From an uncultured archaeon (GTDB lineage Archaea; Thermoproteota; Nitrososphaeria; Nitrososphaerales; Gagatemarchaeaceae): 64,000 nt of DNA. The notes under the pieces were generated by a model. The model saw nothing but the letters and a program-made list of their open reading frames with translations. It did no database searches and had not been told where the DNA came from. The position numbers were made by a program, and so were the translations under genes. The DNA lies in contig CAWCYD010000003.1 of the NCBI GenBank assembly GCA_963799775.1, forward strand, positions 1,024,001 to 1,088,000, given 5' to 3'. Below are positions 10,602 through 21,033 of the stretch, one piece after another (positions within the stretch are counted from its first letter, which is position 1; every line of letters starts with the position of its first letter).

Positions 10602-11093
10602 TCACATCGTCTGGGAGGTCCCTAGTAGCTTGGTCATGATCGTTGAGAATGAGAGCGATGAGAGGAAGTACCACCACAGGAGCACCATGCCCCCGGTAGG
10701 CGCCACTATGAACGGGATGGGTATCGGCGAGTAGGCGACGACCCCTGAGACGCATATCGATGGGAAGTGGCACCCGCTGACAAAGTCGCCCATGAGGTAG
10801 TAGACGATGATGAACGGCAGCCAGGTGACGAGCACGACCTTGAAACGTCCCGAGGAGGCCTTCAGGCGCATCTGGTCCATCTGCGGCTTCTTCTTCTTGA
10901 GCTTCTCCTCCTTGTCCTTGTCCTTGTCAGCTACGGCCGCCTTCAGCTCCTTGTCGAAGGCCGCGACCTCCGCCTTCATCCGCCTCTCCCTCTTCAAGTC
11001 GACCAGCAGCCTTGTCGCCATGTTCGACATGAAGCCCAGGAAGATGGCGGTGCACGTGATGATCAGGGTCGACTCTGGGATTCCGAGGCTCAG
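10602..11093 (-). CDS. DUF106/EMC3-TMCO1 (Oxa1 superfamily) membrane protein; probable CTG start
   Basis: TM1, coiled coil, then WYFLSS; conserved position between adk and cmk; frame open upstream to CTG overlapping the adk stop. Confidence 0.82.
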   Translation of the reverse strand: MSLGIPESTLIITCTAIFLGFMSNMATRLLVDLKRERRMKAEVAAFDKELKAAVADKDKDKEEKLKKKKPQMDQMRLKASSGRFKVVLVTWLPFIIVYYLMGDFVSGCHFPSICVSGVVAYSPIPIPFIVAPTGGMVLLWWYFLSSLSFSTIMTKLLGTSQTM

Positions 11094-11663
11094 ACTCTGG
11101 CACCTCTTACGAGGGCGGCTATCTGGGCTGCGGCCTTATCTGACTTGCCCTCCTCGTTCTTGAGGAAGAGCATCGGCGCACCGCTCACCAGGGACGCCGT
11201 CGTGAGGAAGCTCCTCGCGAGGTCGAGCTCTTCGTTGACCTCCTCCTCCGTTATCTCGTCCCTGTACCTTGTGGTGTCGTTCTTCCTGCGCGCCACGATC
11301 TCCGCGGGCGAGGCCTCCACGAGGAGGAGGTGCGTCGGCTTCATCGGCTGGATCACTCTCAGGGGCAGCCCGGGCCAGAAGCCTTCGGGCGTCCGGATGA
11401 AGAGGTGGGTGTCGATGAAGACGACCTTGCCCTTGCCCCTGCTGATCCTCGAAGCCGCAGCCTCTTGGAGCTTCTTCTGCTTCTCGACTGGGAGCTTGCG
11501 CATCTCGTCCCTGTGCTTGACCCACTTCAGCCTGAGCGCCTCCTCGAACATCGCCGTGCCGAAGACCTGGACCGTGGAGCCCTTTACCGCGGCCTGGGCC
11601 TTCGCCACGACGGTGCTCTTCCCCACTCCGGGGGACCCCCACTATGACTATGCGTAGACCCAC
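11090..11663 (-). CDS. adkA: Adenylate kinase (archaeal), frameshift near 11632
   Basis: IVGVP/GVGKST, FGTAM, RDEMRKL, IDTH, GFWPGLP. Confidence 0.9.
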
Positions 11664-11681
11664 TCTGTCCTCATGCCCTCC

Positions 11682-13103
11682 TTAGGCCTGTCCCAGGACT
11701 CCAGCGAGCCTCGGGGAGAACTCCTCAAGCTGCTCCTTGACGAGCATCTGGTAGTATTGAAGCACGATATCGACGCCGAGCAACAGGCCAATGCCGGTCC
11801 CGAAGACGCCGAAGACATCCGAGATGGCTGCTACCAAGCCGATGATTATCCCGCCTATGACCGTGATCGGGGGGATGTACCTGTTGAGGGACCTGCTCGA
11901 TGGAGAGGCCGGCCCTCCTGAAGCCTGGGGACCTGCACGTCCGCGTTCATCAGGTTCTTCGCGACGCTCCTCGAGGAGAGCCCGCCTATCTCCACCCAGA
12001 TCCTGGCGAACATGACCGCTAGGACCATGAGGAACACGCAGTAGATGACGGCGTGGAGCGGGTCGCCGGCGGTCTGTTGGATCCCGTTCGGGGGCGTGAT
12101 GTAGTAGACGAGCCCTCCCGTGGGGTTGAAGTTCGTGTCGTACTTTACGAGGTAGTGCATCCACGAGGGAGGATGGCTACCCACGTAGTTCGAGAGGATG
12201 CGCGTGAAGAAGGAGATGTTGGCCGTGAGCGCGGAGACGAGGATGACGGGGATGTTGGAGACGTAGAGGAGCTTGATCGGGTAGACGCCCTGGAAGCCCC
12301 TGTACTTCACCGACGTGATGGTGGCACTCGACCCTTATCCCCTCTATGTAGGTGATGAACAGTATCACCGCGACCGTCATGACGAAGGTGAACATGCTCG
12401 GGAACTGGTTCGCTCTGATGAAGACAGAGGCCACCCCTCCGCCTCCGGGGAAGAGCGACCCGAGCAAGGCAGGGATGAAGCCGTAGACGACCGCGGGGGC
12501 GCCCTGAGTCGCGGTTACCGGGAACGGCGAGAAAGTGTCCCACCAGAGCGTCTGGGCGACCCCTCCGAGGATGAAGAGACTGATGCCGCTCCCTATCCCC
12601 CACCCCTTTTGGATCAGCTCGTCGAGCAAGAGGATTATGACGCTCGCTCCGAACAGCTGGAAGAAGATGATGATGGCCTGGCTGGACGCGAGAGTGCCCA
12701 ACGCCCCGCCGAGGATGTACGCGCCCGCCTCGATGGCGATCACTAGGAATGTGAGGAGCTTCGTCGCCGTCCCGAAGAGCGCCCTGTCCTCCGTCTCCCC
12801 GAGGTCCAGCTTCAGTATGTCGCTGCCTTGGAGTAGCTGCAGGATGAGGCCGGCCGTGACTATGGGGCCGATGCCCAGCTCGGTGAGCGTCCCTTGGGAA
12901 GATGCGAATATGATCCTGAGATAGGCGAACTGGTCCGCCTCGTTTCCAAAGTGGAAGAGGGGCGTGATGCCCATCAGCATGTAGATGACGAGGGCGCCGC
13001 CCGTCCAGATGAACTTCTCAGTGAGGCTAGGTTTTCTTATTGGTTTCGGGATCTCAGGGAGAATCGTCGCGACGCTCTTGACAAAATTGCGCATCGAGGC
13101 CAA
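11682..13103 (-). CDS. secY: Protein translocase SecY, frameshifts near 12320 and 11930
   Basis: ELGIGPIVTAG, KGWGIGSGISLFI, YPIKLLYVSNIP, RYIP, GTGIGLLL. Confidence 0.95.
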
Positions 13104-13124
13104 GGCTAGTCGCGGACTCCTCTC

Positions 13125-13550
13125 TCACTCTGTAAGGATCCTACCACCAGCTTCCTCAAGCTTCTTCTTGGCTCTCTCGGTGTACGACGAGACCTTCACG
13201 CTGAACGCCCTCGTGACCCGGCCTCCTCCGAGAAGCTTCTCGACGCCCTTTGATGCGAGGTCGATGGAAATCGGCGCGTCCTTTGAGCCCTTGGCGGCTC
13301 CGACAGCGAAGGAGTCTAGGTCGCCGACATTGGCCCACCTTGACGCCTGGCGGTAGTAGCTCGGGGGCCTGAACGGGTCGCGCCCGAAGTGGTTTGGGTC
13401 GTTGATGATGAGCCACGACCACTTGTGCTTGTGGAGCCCCGCGTTCCCGTGGCCGCCCTGCTTGCCAGAGTGCCGGTGCTGGCCGACCTGGCCGTAACCG
13501 TGGGTCCTGGAGCCCCTCTGCTTCCTTACCTTCCTGAGCCTGGTCGGCAT
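13125..13550 (-). CDS. rpl15: Ribosomal protein uL15
   Basis: RKQRGSRTHGYG, GNAGLHKHKW, KLLGGG. Confidence 0.95.
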   Translation of the reverse strand: MPTRLRKVRKQRGSRTHGYGQVGQHRHSGKQGGHGNAGLHKHKWSWLIINDPNHFGRDPFRPPSYYRQASRWANVGDLDSFAVGAAKGSKDAPISIDLASKGVEKLLGGGRVTRAFSVKVSSYTERAKKKLEEAGGRILTE

Positions 13551-13551
13551 C

Positions 13552-14022
13552 TCAGATCATCCTCCTCACGATGTCTGGGAGTCGCGGGTTCTCACCGAGT
13601 ATCCCTCCCTGCTTGAACTGTCTCCGCGATGAGCGCTTGAACCCGCCCTTGGGCGGCGAGAGGCCGAAGAATGGCTTCATCCCCCTTACAGCCGAGAGCG
13701 TGTCCGTCTCCTTCCCGCTCATTATGGCCTTCGCCAACTCGGCGTGGGTCTTGAAACCCATGGCTTTCAATGCTTCATCGTCCAGCGGCCTGGAGTTGCT
13801 AACCTTTCCCTTTGACTTTAGGATCGCCGTGAGGAGCTCCTCGTCGATAGGGGACCACGCCACGTAGTCCTTGCAGAGGTGGACCGAGCCCTTGGAGACG
13901 GGGTCGTCGCCCACCACGACGGCAGAGAAACGCTTCCCGAGCCCGAGCTGGACGAGCGTCTCCCTCGTCGCGTGGGGGACGTTGATCTGACCGTGCAAGT
14001 TGACGACGAGTAGTTTACCCAT
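13552..14022 (-). CDS. rpl30: Ribosomal protein uL30
   Basis: KPFFGLSPPKGGFK; operon position. Confidence 0.92.
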   Translation of the reverse strand: MGKLLVVNLHGQINVPHATRETLVQLGLGKRFSAVVVGDDPVSKGSVHLCKDYVAWSPIDEELLTAILKSKGKVSNSRPLDDEALKAMGFKTHAELAKAIMSGKETDTLSAVRGMKPFFGLSPPKGGFKRSSRRQFKQGGILGENPRLPDIVRRMI

Positions 14023-14036
14023 TTTTCCACCAGCTC

Positions 14037-14673
14037 CTATACGTTGAGTCCGTGCGACTTTGAGAACGCGTCATAGACGGCGTTCGCCAGTGAGGAGAGA
14101 GTGTTGGTGGAGCCGAAGGCCCTCACCCAGACGTCCTTCACACCGGCAAGCGCCAAGAGGTTGGTCAGCGCGGGGCCCTGCTACCCTGCCCAGAGAGCGG
14201 GGCCCTGGGAGGAGCTCGACCCTCACGCTCCCCGCCTTGCCCGTGATCCTGTAGGGGACAGAGTGCATGGTCCCGCACTTGCACTCCCAGCTGCCGCAGC
14301 CGAGCTTGACCGGTATGATGTTGAGCAGCGCGTCGTTGGTCGCTTTGTCTATGGCCGATTTCATCTGGGCGGCCTTGCCCTTCCCGACCCCGAACCAGCC
14401 GCTCCCGTTCCCCACGGCGACAACGGCGCCGAACCTTGTGAGCTCGCCGGCGTCGGTCTGCTTCTGGACTATGCCCACGCTCACGACCTCCGAGTTGAGG
14501 TCGGGGACGAGCTTCTTGACCATCTCAGGCTCGCGTATCTTCCAACCCTGCTGGAATATCTCCTCGAGAGAGGTGATCTTCCCCTCCGCGACCATGGTGC
14601 CCAGCTTCGTGCGCGGCACCCAGGGGATCTGCTTCTCTTCTTCTCTGCGCCTGTAACCTCGACCTTGAGACAT
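14037..14673 (-). CDS. rps5: Ribosomal protein uS5, frameshift near 14180
   Basis: WVPRTKLG, VQKQTDAGE, GCGSWEC; the alternate frame continues LAGVKDVW to TAG at 14037. Confidence 0.93.
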
Positions 14674-14683
14674 TTCTATCTGA

Positions 14684-15277
14684 TCACTTGGCTCCCTTCA
14701 ATATCACTTGCTTCAGAGCTGTGGTGTTCTCGGCGTACTCCTCCGGCTTGAAGCCTGCCTTTAGCATCCCCGAGAAGACCTTCGAGTACTTCTCCTTGTT
14801 CTCCGCGAGGAGGGACTTTGCGTACTCGGCCGTGGCCTTGCCGCTGAGCCTCTCCTGCGAGGGTGCGACGTCCTCCGCCATGGGGACGTCCACTCCGGCG
14901 TCCTGGACCCCCTTTACGAGCGCAGAGATCCTAGAGCCGTTCACGAACTGGGAGAGGCCGTTGTAGAGGTGGGCCTTCTCGATGCCCTTCTCCTTCGCGC
15001 GCTTGCCCGCGAGGAGGCCTAGTAGATAGCACGCGGGGACGGACTTGCTCGAGCCCTTCCAGCCCAGCTTCATCAGGTTCCTGGAGTGCGCGGATGAGAC
15101 CACCTTGTCCCCCTCCACCTTCGGCTCGATGAACTGCGCCGAGACGTTCTTCGTCGATATCCTCACCGCCAAGAGCGGGGAGTCTGACGTGATTATCTTC
15201 CTTCGGGCGTGGTAGTTGGTCGCCCCTATCCTTCGTCGCCGATAGATTGGGACGTACTTCTTCTTGGTGCTTACCAT
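14684..15277 (-). CDS. rpl18: Ribosomal protein uL18
   Basis: RRRRIGATNYHAR, SAHSRNL, ACYLLGLLAG. Confidence 0.93.
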   Translation of the reverse strand: MVSTKKKYVPIYRRRRIGATNYHARRKIITSDSPLLAVRISTKNVSAQFIEPKVEGDKVVSSAHSRNLMKLGWKGSSKSVPACYLLGLLAGKRAKEKGIEKAHLYNGLSQFVNGSRISALVKGVQDAGVDVPMAEDVAPSQERLSGKATAEYAKSLLAENKEKYSKVFSGMLKAGFKPEEYAENTTALKQVILKGAK

Positions 15278-15291
15278 CTTCGATATCTCTC

Positions 15292-15723
15292 CTACTTCTT
15301 CGACTCCTTGACCATCTCTAGGAGCCTCTTGACGTCTCTGACCTGCCCGCCCTTGATCTGCCTGTAGAGCTTCTTGTAGTTCTCTTGGGTGACCTCGTTC
15401 CTCTCCCGCGCGACTTTCAGCCTCCACCTGAGGGCGCGGACCTTGTGGACCCACGCCGCCTTCTTCGGGCTGCGCGAGGTCTTCTTGCCCTTCAGCGAGC
15501 CCTGGTGCCTTATCTTGCCCTTCGCGCGCCTCGTGCGGAGCCTGCCCCTGGAGACGCCCTTCTCCGGCGCGACCTTGATCGCCCCCAGCCCGACGAGACC
15601 TCGGATGGTGCTCCTCGTGATCGCATCCTGGACGAAGTCCTCTGACCCTGGGTCGAACCTGATGCGGTCCCCGCCAACGCCGAGGACGTCCGCAGCCAGG
15701 CGGCGCTTATTTCTTAGATTCAA
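15292..15723 (-). CDS. rpl19e: Ribosomal protein eL19
   Basis: KRRLAADVLGVG, AITR, GVSRGR, LYRQIKGG. Confidence 0.94.
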   Translation of the reverse strand: MNLRNKRRLAADVLGVGGDRIRFDPGSEDFVQDAITRSTIRGLVGLGAIKVAPEKGVSRGRLRTRRAKGKIRHQGSLKGKKTSRSPKKAAWVHKVRALRWRLKVARERNEVTQENYKKLYRQIKGGQVRDVKRLLEMVKESKK

Positions 15724-16162
15724 TTGTCCTCAACCTCGTCGGATTCAAGACTCGCAGCCCCAGCTCGGTGGCCCGCCTGAGTATCTCGGCCCTCTTCCTG
15801 GCCCCCACTCGCCTTCCTATCCGGACGGCGTCCTTCTCCGGGATCAGTCCCTCGAGCTGGGCAGGGTTGTGCACGAGGACGTCGACGTGGCCGCTGGGGT
15901 GGTAGTCGCGCGCCTTGACCGGGCCACGGTAGCCCACCTTCACCCTCTTCGGGTAGCCCTTGAACGACTTGCGAATCTTGTTATCGAGACCTTTCGGCTT
16001 TCGCCATTCGGGATGGATCCGGACGTATCTCCAGCTCTCTGGGCGGAGGAACCTGGGCCTATGCTCCGCTATGCTCCTCCTCAACTTTAGGAGCTCGATG
16101 AGCTCTTTTCGCTCCGAATCCGCCTTTACGCCCTCTTTCTCTTTTTGCTTTGCTTTCGACAT
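15707..16162 (-). CDS. rpl32e: Ribosomal protein eL32
   Basis: FLRPESWRY, WRKPKGLDNK, HPSG, RVLNP. Confidence 0.95.
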   Translation of the reverse strand: MSKAKQKEKEGVKADSERKELIELLKLRRSIAEHRPRFLRPESWRYVRIHPEWRKPKGLDNKIRKSFKGYPKRVKVGYRGPVKARDYHPSGHVDVLVHNPAQLEGLIPEKDAVRIGRRVGARKRAEILRRATELGLRVLNPTRLRTIESKK

Positions 16163-16164
16163 GC

Positions 16165-16728
16165 TCAGTTCCTCTTCTTCTCGTATACGTAGACCCCGTC
16201 CAGGAAAATGCGCTGGTCCTTGCGCTTGATCTTCGTCGCCTGCTCGACGTTGGCGGCGGTCTGTCCTATCTGCTCCAGGGAGGTCCCCTTTATTATTATG
16301 TCATCGCCTTCGGTCGTCACCTTACAGCCCGCGAGTATCTTCGCGACCCTCGGCGACCTCTCCCCCATGAAGTTCTCCACCAAGACGGTGTCGTCCTTGA
16401 TCTTGACGGTGACAGGGAAGTGGGCGAAGACCACCTTCATCCTGTACTCGTACCCCTTTGTCACCCCGTGGGCTAGGGCTCTCACGATCGAGGAGACCGT
16501 GTTGGCCGAGATCCTGTCCTTCTTCTTCATTGTGAAGGGCGTTATCTTGACGTTGGCGCCTTGGACCTCGATGTCCACGGGGATCCTCTGGAAGACCTTG
16601 GTCGCCGTGCCGTTGGGCCCCTTCACCACGAGCGACCTGCCGTCGACCTTGGCGCTGACCCCCTGCGGCAGCTCGACAGTCTTCGCGCCGTCCCCCTTTT
16701 GGACGGACTTGCTGGGGCTAGTAGACAT
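16165..16728 (-). CDS. rpl6: Ribosomal protein uL6
   Basis: AHFP, NFMGE, KDQRIFLDGVY. Confidence 0.95.
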   Translation of the reverse strand: MSTSPSKSVQKGDGAKTVELPQGVSAKVDGRSLVVKGPNGTATKVFQRIPVDIEVQGANVKITPFTMKKKDRISANTVSSIVRALAHGVTKGYEYRMKVVFAHFPVTVKIKDDTVLVENFMGERSPRVAKILAGCKVTTEGDDIIIKGTSLEQIGQTAANVEQATKIKRKDQRIFLDGVYVYEKKRN

Positions 16729-17110
16729 ATCCTAGGAGCCTCCCGCCCAAGTTCTGCTCCTGGGCCTCGGTCTGCGTAAGAATCCCCTTGGATGTGGAGA
16801 CGACAAGCATCCCGACGCCCACCGCCGGCAGATACCGCGACTCCCACTTTTGGAACTCCTTCGCCTTGATCGGGAAACGAGGCGAGACCGCGCCGCACTT
16901 GTTTATCCTGCCGAGGAGCTGGACGCGGAGCTTCCCTGTCACGCCGTCGTCTATGAACTCGAACTCGCCGATGTACCTCCTCTTCTGGAGCACCCTCATA
17001 ACCTCCTTCGCGAGGTTCGACGCCGGGATGATGACGCACTCCTTCTTGTGCCTCATCTCGGAGTTCTGGAGGGAGATGAACAGGTTCGCGAGGATGTTGG
17101 TCACTGGCAT
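16718..17110 (-). CDS. rps8: Ribosomal protein uS8
   Basis: YIGEFEFIDDG, LLGRINKCG, GGRLLGYVY. Confidence 0.96.
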   Translation of the reverse strand: MPVTNILANLFISLQNSEMRHKKECVIIPASNLAKEVMRVLQKRRYIGEFEFIDDGVTGKLRVQLLGRINKCGAVSPRFPIKAKEFQKWESRYLPAVGVGMLVVSTSKGILTQTEAQEQNLGGRLLGYVY

Positions 17111-17124
17111 TCTCTCTCTATCTC

Positions 17125-17286
17125 CTAGTCGTACTTCCTGAAACCGAGCTTCTCAGCGACTTCTCTAAAACACTGCCGGCAGAGGAAGAGGTCGTAGCTT
17201 CTGATCACTGCCCCGTACTGCCCGCACCTGCGGCAGTAGCGCGTGGACTTGCCGTACTTGCGGGGCTTTGGATGTCTTTCCTTCAC
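17125..17286 (-). CDS. rps14: Ribosomal protein uS14 (53 aa, below ORF-track cutoff)
   Basis: Manual translation [53 protein letters not shown]. Confidence 0.95.
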   Translation of the reverse strand: MKERHPKPRKYGKSTRYCRRCGQYGAVIRSYDLFLCRQCFREVAEKLGFRKYD

Positions 17287-17822
17287 TCTATGGCGACCTC
17301 GAATTCGCGCTTGAAGTACTCCATTGCCTCCTCCTTGCTCACGACGTGACCCTTGCCCAGGCTAGCGGTCCTCCGGAGCCGCCTGGAGACCCTGTATCCG
17401 GGACGCTCGAGCAGGACGGAGACGTTCATCCCCCAGATGCCGATCTCCGGGTCGTAGCGTATCCCCGGGATCTCGATGTGCTCCTTGAGCCCGAAGGAGA
17501 CGCTGCCCCTGTCGTCGAAGCTGGAGGATTTCAGCTTCTTCTCCCTTGCGACTAGCAGCCGGCCGATGAGCTCCTTGCAGCGCTCCTGGCCCCTCGTCGT
17601 CACGACGAGCCCTATGGGCTCGCCCTGGTGCGTGCCAAAGTCCCTGATGGACTTCTTCGCCTTGCGCTGGCTGGGCTTTTGCGAGGTTATCTGCTCTAGA
17701 ACCTTCCTCGCCCTCTCCACTGCCTCTCCAGACTTGCCGACCCCTATGTTGATCACGACCTTCCCGATGGAGATCTTCCGCATGTCCCCGCCGTTCCCTT
17801 CGCGGGTCTGTGGGCTGGCCAT
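17283..17822 (-). CDS. rpl5: Ribosomal protein uL5
   Basis: [33 protein letters not shown]. Confidence 0.95.
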   Translation of the reverse strand: MASPQTREGNGGDMRKISIGKVVINIGVGKSGEAVERARKVLEQITSQKPSQRKAKKSIRDFGTHQGEPIGLVVTTRGQERCKELIGRLLVAREKKLKSSSFDDRGSVSFGLKEHIEIPGIRYDPEIGIWGMNVSVLLERPGYRVSRRLRRTASLGKGHVVSKEEAMEYFKREFEVAIE

Positions 17823-18547
17823 CAACTCTTGACCTGGACCTCTATCGCCGGCTTGTCAGTCCCGACCGCGAAGACGAGCCTCTCAGGCAGCTCCGTCTCT
17901 CCGGACGGGAGCGAGAGCTCGACCATCTTCTCTCGCGTGCTCGTCCCCTTCTTGACGTTGATTATCCTGCCGACCTGCCCGGCCCTCTCGCCCGAGACGA
18001 CCAGGCCCATTGCCCCCTTTGCGAGCTTGACGCTCTCGACCACGTCCTGCGCCGGGGCCCTGAGCAAGACAGAGTCGCCGCAGGTGGCGGCGAGCTTGTC
18101 GTCGAGCATCGAACGACCGTCGTGGAAGCCGAACTGGATGTGCCCTCCGGTGACCCTGACCTTTGACCTGACTCTGCAGAGCTTCACGCCTGCCTCCGTG
18201 GAGACGATGTCGGTGGCGACCAGGCCGTCGGGTGACGGGACGAGCCTGAAGGACTTGTTCTCCGCGGGTATGCTAACGACGTCGAATAGGCCTACCGGGA
18301 AGCCCGGGTCGCGCCTGGGCACCCCGTCGACGAGCACGTCCCCTCTTGTGAGGACCTGTGTGACCTCCTTCTGCGTCTCGACCATCCCTAGGAGGTCTCT
18401 GAGCACGACAGCGAGGGAGTATGACCGATCGATGGGGTGTGTACCGGGGCTCGGTTTCGTGACGAAGCGCGCTGCCTTGCGCGCGATGTCCCAGGACTTG
18501 GGGGCCGAGATCCGCTTCATTCCCCTGCTCCCGCCCTTCTTGCCCAT
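17822..18547 (-). CDS. rps4e: Ribosomal protein eS4
   Basis: KRISAPKSW, PSPGTH, VDG, FPVGLFDV, HDGR. Confidence 0.94.
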   Translation of the reverse strand: MGKKGGSRGMKRISAPKSWDIARKAARFVTKPSPGTHPIDRSYSLAVVLRDLLGMVETQKEVTQVLTRGDVLVDGVPRRDPGFPVGLFDVVSIPAENKSFRLVPSPDGLVATDIVSTEAGVKLCRVRSKVRVTGGHIQFGFHDGRSMLDDKLAATCGDSVLLRAPAQDVVESVKLAKGAMGLVVSGERAGQVGRIINVKKGTSTREKMVELSLPSGETELPERLVFAVGTDKPAIEVQVKS

Positions 18548-18550
18548 TCC

Positions 18551-18868
18551 CTAGCTCGCCTCCTCCGCGGAGTTCCCGCGCCGCTCTATCCGAGACCTCC
18601 TCACCTTGTCTTCCAGGTTGAGGCTGGTGACGATGACCTTCGAAGAGTCGACGGGGAAGGGGCTCGTCTTGCCGCCGGCGATCTTCTCGCGCGTGACGCC
18701 CTCCACGAAGAGCTTGCCCAGCCTCGTGTCGACTCCCGTGACCTTCCCCTCTATGCCCTTGAACCCGCCGCGGACTATCCTGACCCCGTCGCCCTTGACT
18801 GGTCTGACGCTCTTGACCGAGTGCTTCTCTTTCAGCTCCTTCGAAAGGGACGCGCCGAATTTCTTCAT
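18551..18868 (-). CDS. rpl24: Ribosomal protein uL24 (short N-terminus)
   Basis: LSKELK, KOW-like KGDGVRIVRGGFKG, VEGVTREK. Confidence 0.92.
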   Translation of the reverse strand: MKKFGASLSKELKEKHSVKSVRPVKGDGVRIVRGGFKGIEGKVTGVDTRLGKLFVEGVTREKIAGGKTSPFPVDSSKVIVTSLNLEDKVRRSRIERRGNSAEEAS

Positions 18869-18886
18869 TCTTCTTGCATCAATCTC

Positions 18887-19320
18887 CTATACGACTACCG
18901 AGGCGAGGTTGGCTATCCTCGGCCACTTCTCCGCTGCCTCGCTCGCGACGGGGCCCTTGATGTCGGTTCCCTTCATCTCTCCCTCTGGGGTGACCAGGAC
19001 AGCCGCGTTGTCCTCGAAGCAGATCCTCTGACCGCTGACCCTCCTCACCGCGTACTTTTGCCTGATGACGACCGCTCCCCAGACCTGGTTCCTCAGGTCC
19101 GGAGGACCCTCTTGACCGTGCACTGGATGTGGTCGCCCACCGAGGCTGCCGGGTACCTTGCTAGCCTCGTCTTCGCCCTTGTGACCATTATGACCTTGAG
19201 AGTCTTCGCGCCTGTGTTGTCTGCGCAGGTGATGACCGCGTTGAGAGGGATGGAGCGAGTGATGTATGTCTTGAACTCCTCTACTCCCTTTGCGGAGACG
19301 GCTCTGGACTTTGTGGACAT
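18887..19320 (-). CDS. rpl14: Ribosomal protein uL14, frameshift near 19110
   Basis: CADNTGAK, FEDNAAVL, KGPVASEA. Confidence 0.94.
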
Positions 19321-19323
19321 TCT

Positions 19324-19650
19324 CTAGGCGCCTCCTCTTGTCTGGACTACGACGAACGAGACCGTCTTCGCCAAGGGCCTGCACTCCGCTATCGTGGCGA
19401 TGTCGCCTTCCTTCGCCTCCACGCACGGTGGGAGGTGGGCGTGTACCTTGCTCCGCCTCCTCTCGTATCGATTGTACTTGGGTACGCGTTGGAGCAGCTC
19501 CCTCTGGATTACGACGGTCTGCTTGTTGGAGACCGAGACTATTGTCCCCACCAGCATCTTGCCTCTGACCTTCAGGTGTCCGTGGAACGGGCAGCGGACG
19601 TCCTCGCACCCGCGCTTCGGCGGGGCCATGTCGAGGCCTGCGGAGTTCAT
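19324..19650 (-). CDS. rps17: Ribosomal protein uS17
   Basis: [21 protein letters not shown]. Confidence 0.95.
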   Translation of the reverse strand: MNSAGLDMAPPKRGCEDVRCPFHGHLKVRGKMLVGTIVSVSNKQTVVIQRELLQRVPKYNRYERRRSKVHAHLPPCVEAKEGDIATIAECRPLAKTVSFVVVQTRGGA

Positions 19651-19904
19651 CTCGTGCGTCTCTCCTTTCTTCCGAGAAGCGCGATCCTGTCCTCGAGCCT
19701 TCCCTCAAGGTCGTCGCCGATGAGTATCTTCCCGCTGGCGAGCTCGAGGGCGCTTCCGGACTTGGGCAGGATGAGCTTCCTGTTGTCAATTGTCTTGAGC
19801 GTCAGGGTGTGCATCGTCTCGAGCACGACCTTTCCCTTTAGGCCCAGCAGCACCGAGTTCTTGGCGGCCGCGACCCTGACATCCTCGCCGATGATGAAGG
19901 TCAT
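19647..19904 (-). CDS. rnp1: RNase P protein component 1 (Rpp29)
   Basis: IG..V.V, GKVVLET, ILPK, GRLEDR; syntenic between uL29 and uS17. Confidence 0.85.
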   Translation of the reverse strand: MTFIIGEDVRVAAAKNSVLLGLKGKVVLETMHTLTLKTIDNRKLILPKSGSALELASGKILIGDDLEGRLEDRIALLGRKERRTR

Positions 19905-20107
19905 TCTACTACTCCCTTCTCCTTCATCACCGTCAGCAGTCGCGCGATGTCGCGCTTTACGCGAGCCACCGAGCCGCTCTGCTTCTGGATCATCCCTCTC
20001 GCGGTCAGGCTTGCGAGCCGGGCCTTCTCTCCGCGGAGCTCGAAGAGCCTGTCCTTGAGCTGGTCTGCGTCCTGGTCTCTGAGCGCTTTAGCTTTCACTC
20101 TTGGCAA
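19901..20107 (-). CDS. rpl29: Ribosomal protein uL29
   Basis: KRDIARLLT; operon position. Confidence 0.92.
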   Translation of the reverse strand: MPRVKAKALRDQDADQLKDRLFELRGEKARLASLTARGMIQKQSGSVARVKRDIARLLTVMKEKGVVE

Positions 20108-21024
20108 TCTCTTCCACTCCTGTCTCTTCCTTCTTCTCAGCGTCTGCTGCCTTCTTCTTTGTTGATCTCTTGCGCGTACCCGTCGTTGTCGTCGTCGACT
20201 TGCGCTTGGCCCGAGTCGCCTTCTTTGGCTTCGCTGCCTGCGCCGCGTCCGGTGCTGCCTCCCCTGCCGGGGCAGTTGGGCCCGCTGGAGCTGGCGTCAT
20301 TGCGGCGACCGCTGGTGCGCTCGGGGCGGCAGGTGTCGCGGCCATGGGTTGGGGCGCAGGGGCTGGTTGGGCCTGTGCTGCCCCTGGGACGGCCTGCTGC
20401 TGTTGCTCCTCCGGCTTTTGGTCGATGAACTCGACAGGCGGCGGGAGCGCGTCTGGTATCGCTATCTTCACCTTGATTCCGAACAGACCGAGCTTGAGCA
20501 GAACGTCCGTGGTCGCCGATCTCACGATCTGGTCGGCTGTCTCCCCGCTCTTCGGGACGACGCCCATCCTGTACTTCTCCTTGTGGGCCCTGTCGCTTCG
20601 CAGCTTCCCCGCGACGCCAATCTCGCAGCCCATTGCACCCGCCTCCATTATGGTTGTCATGGTCCAGTTCGCCGCCCTTCTGAAGGCCGTCCCCCTCGCG
20701 ACTATCTGGGCGGCTCTCTGCGCCATTATCCTCGGGTTGAGCTCGGGCCTCTCGACCTCGGAGACCGCGATCTGGGGATTTGGTAAGTTGAACTTTTGCG
20801 CGACCCTGTCCGTGAGCTCCTTGATCCCTGTGCCGCGCCTCCCGATCGCCAAGCCGGGCCTCGTCACGTAGACCGTGATCCTCGTGCCGACGGGGTTCCT
20901 CTGGATCTCGACGCCTGCGTACCCGGCCTCCTTCAGCTGGCTCTCTAGGAACTCGTCGAGGTCGGCGTAGGTCCATGTGCATCGAGAGCAGGCTTTTGAC
21001 GGCGCTCTTTTCGACCTGCGACAT
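20088..21024 (-). CDS. rps3: Ribosomal protein uS3 with long low-complexity C-tail, frameshift near 20970
   Basis: KH domain RPGLAIGRRG, AFRRAA, GAMGCEI, GKLRSDRA; N-terminus MSQVEKSA in the adjacent frame. Confidence 0.94.
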
Positions 21025-21033
21025 GCCCCTCTG

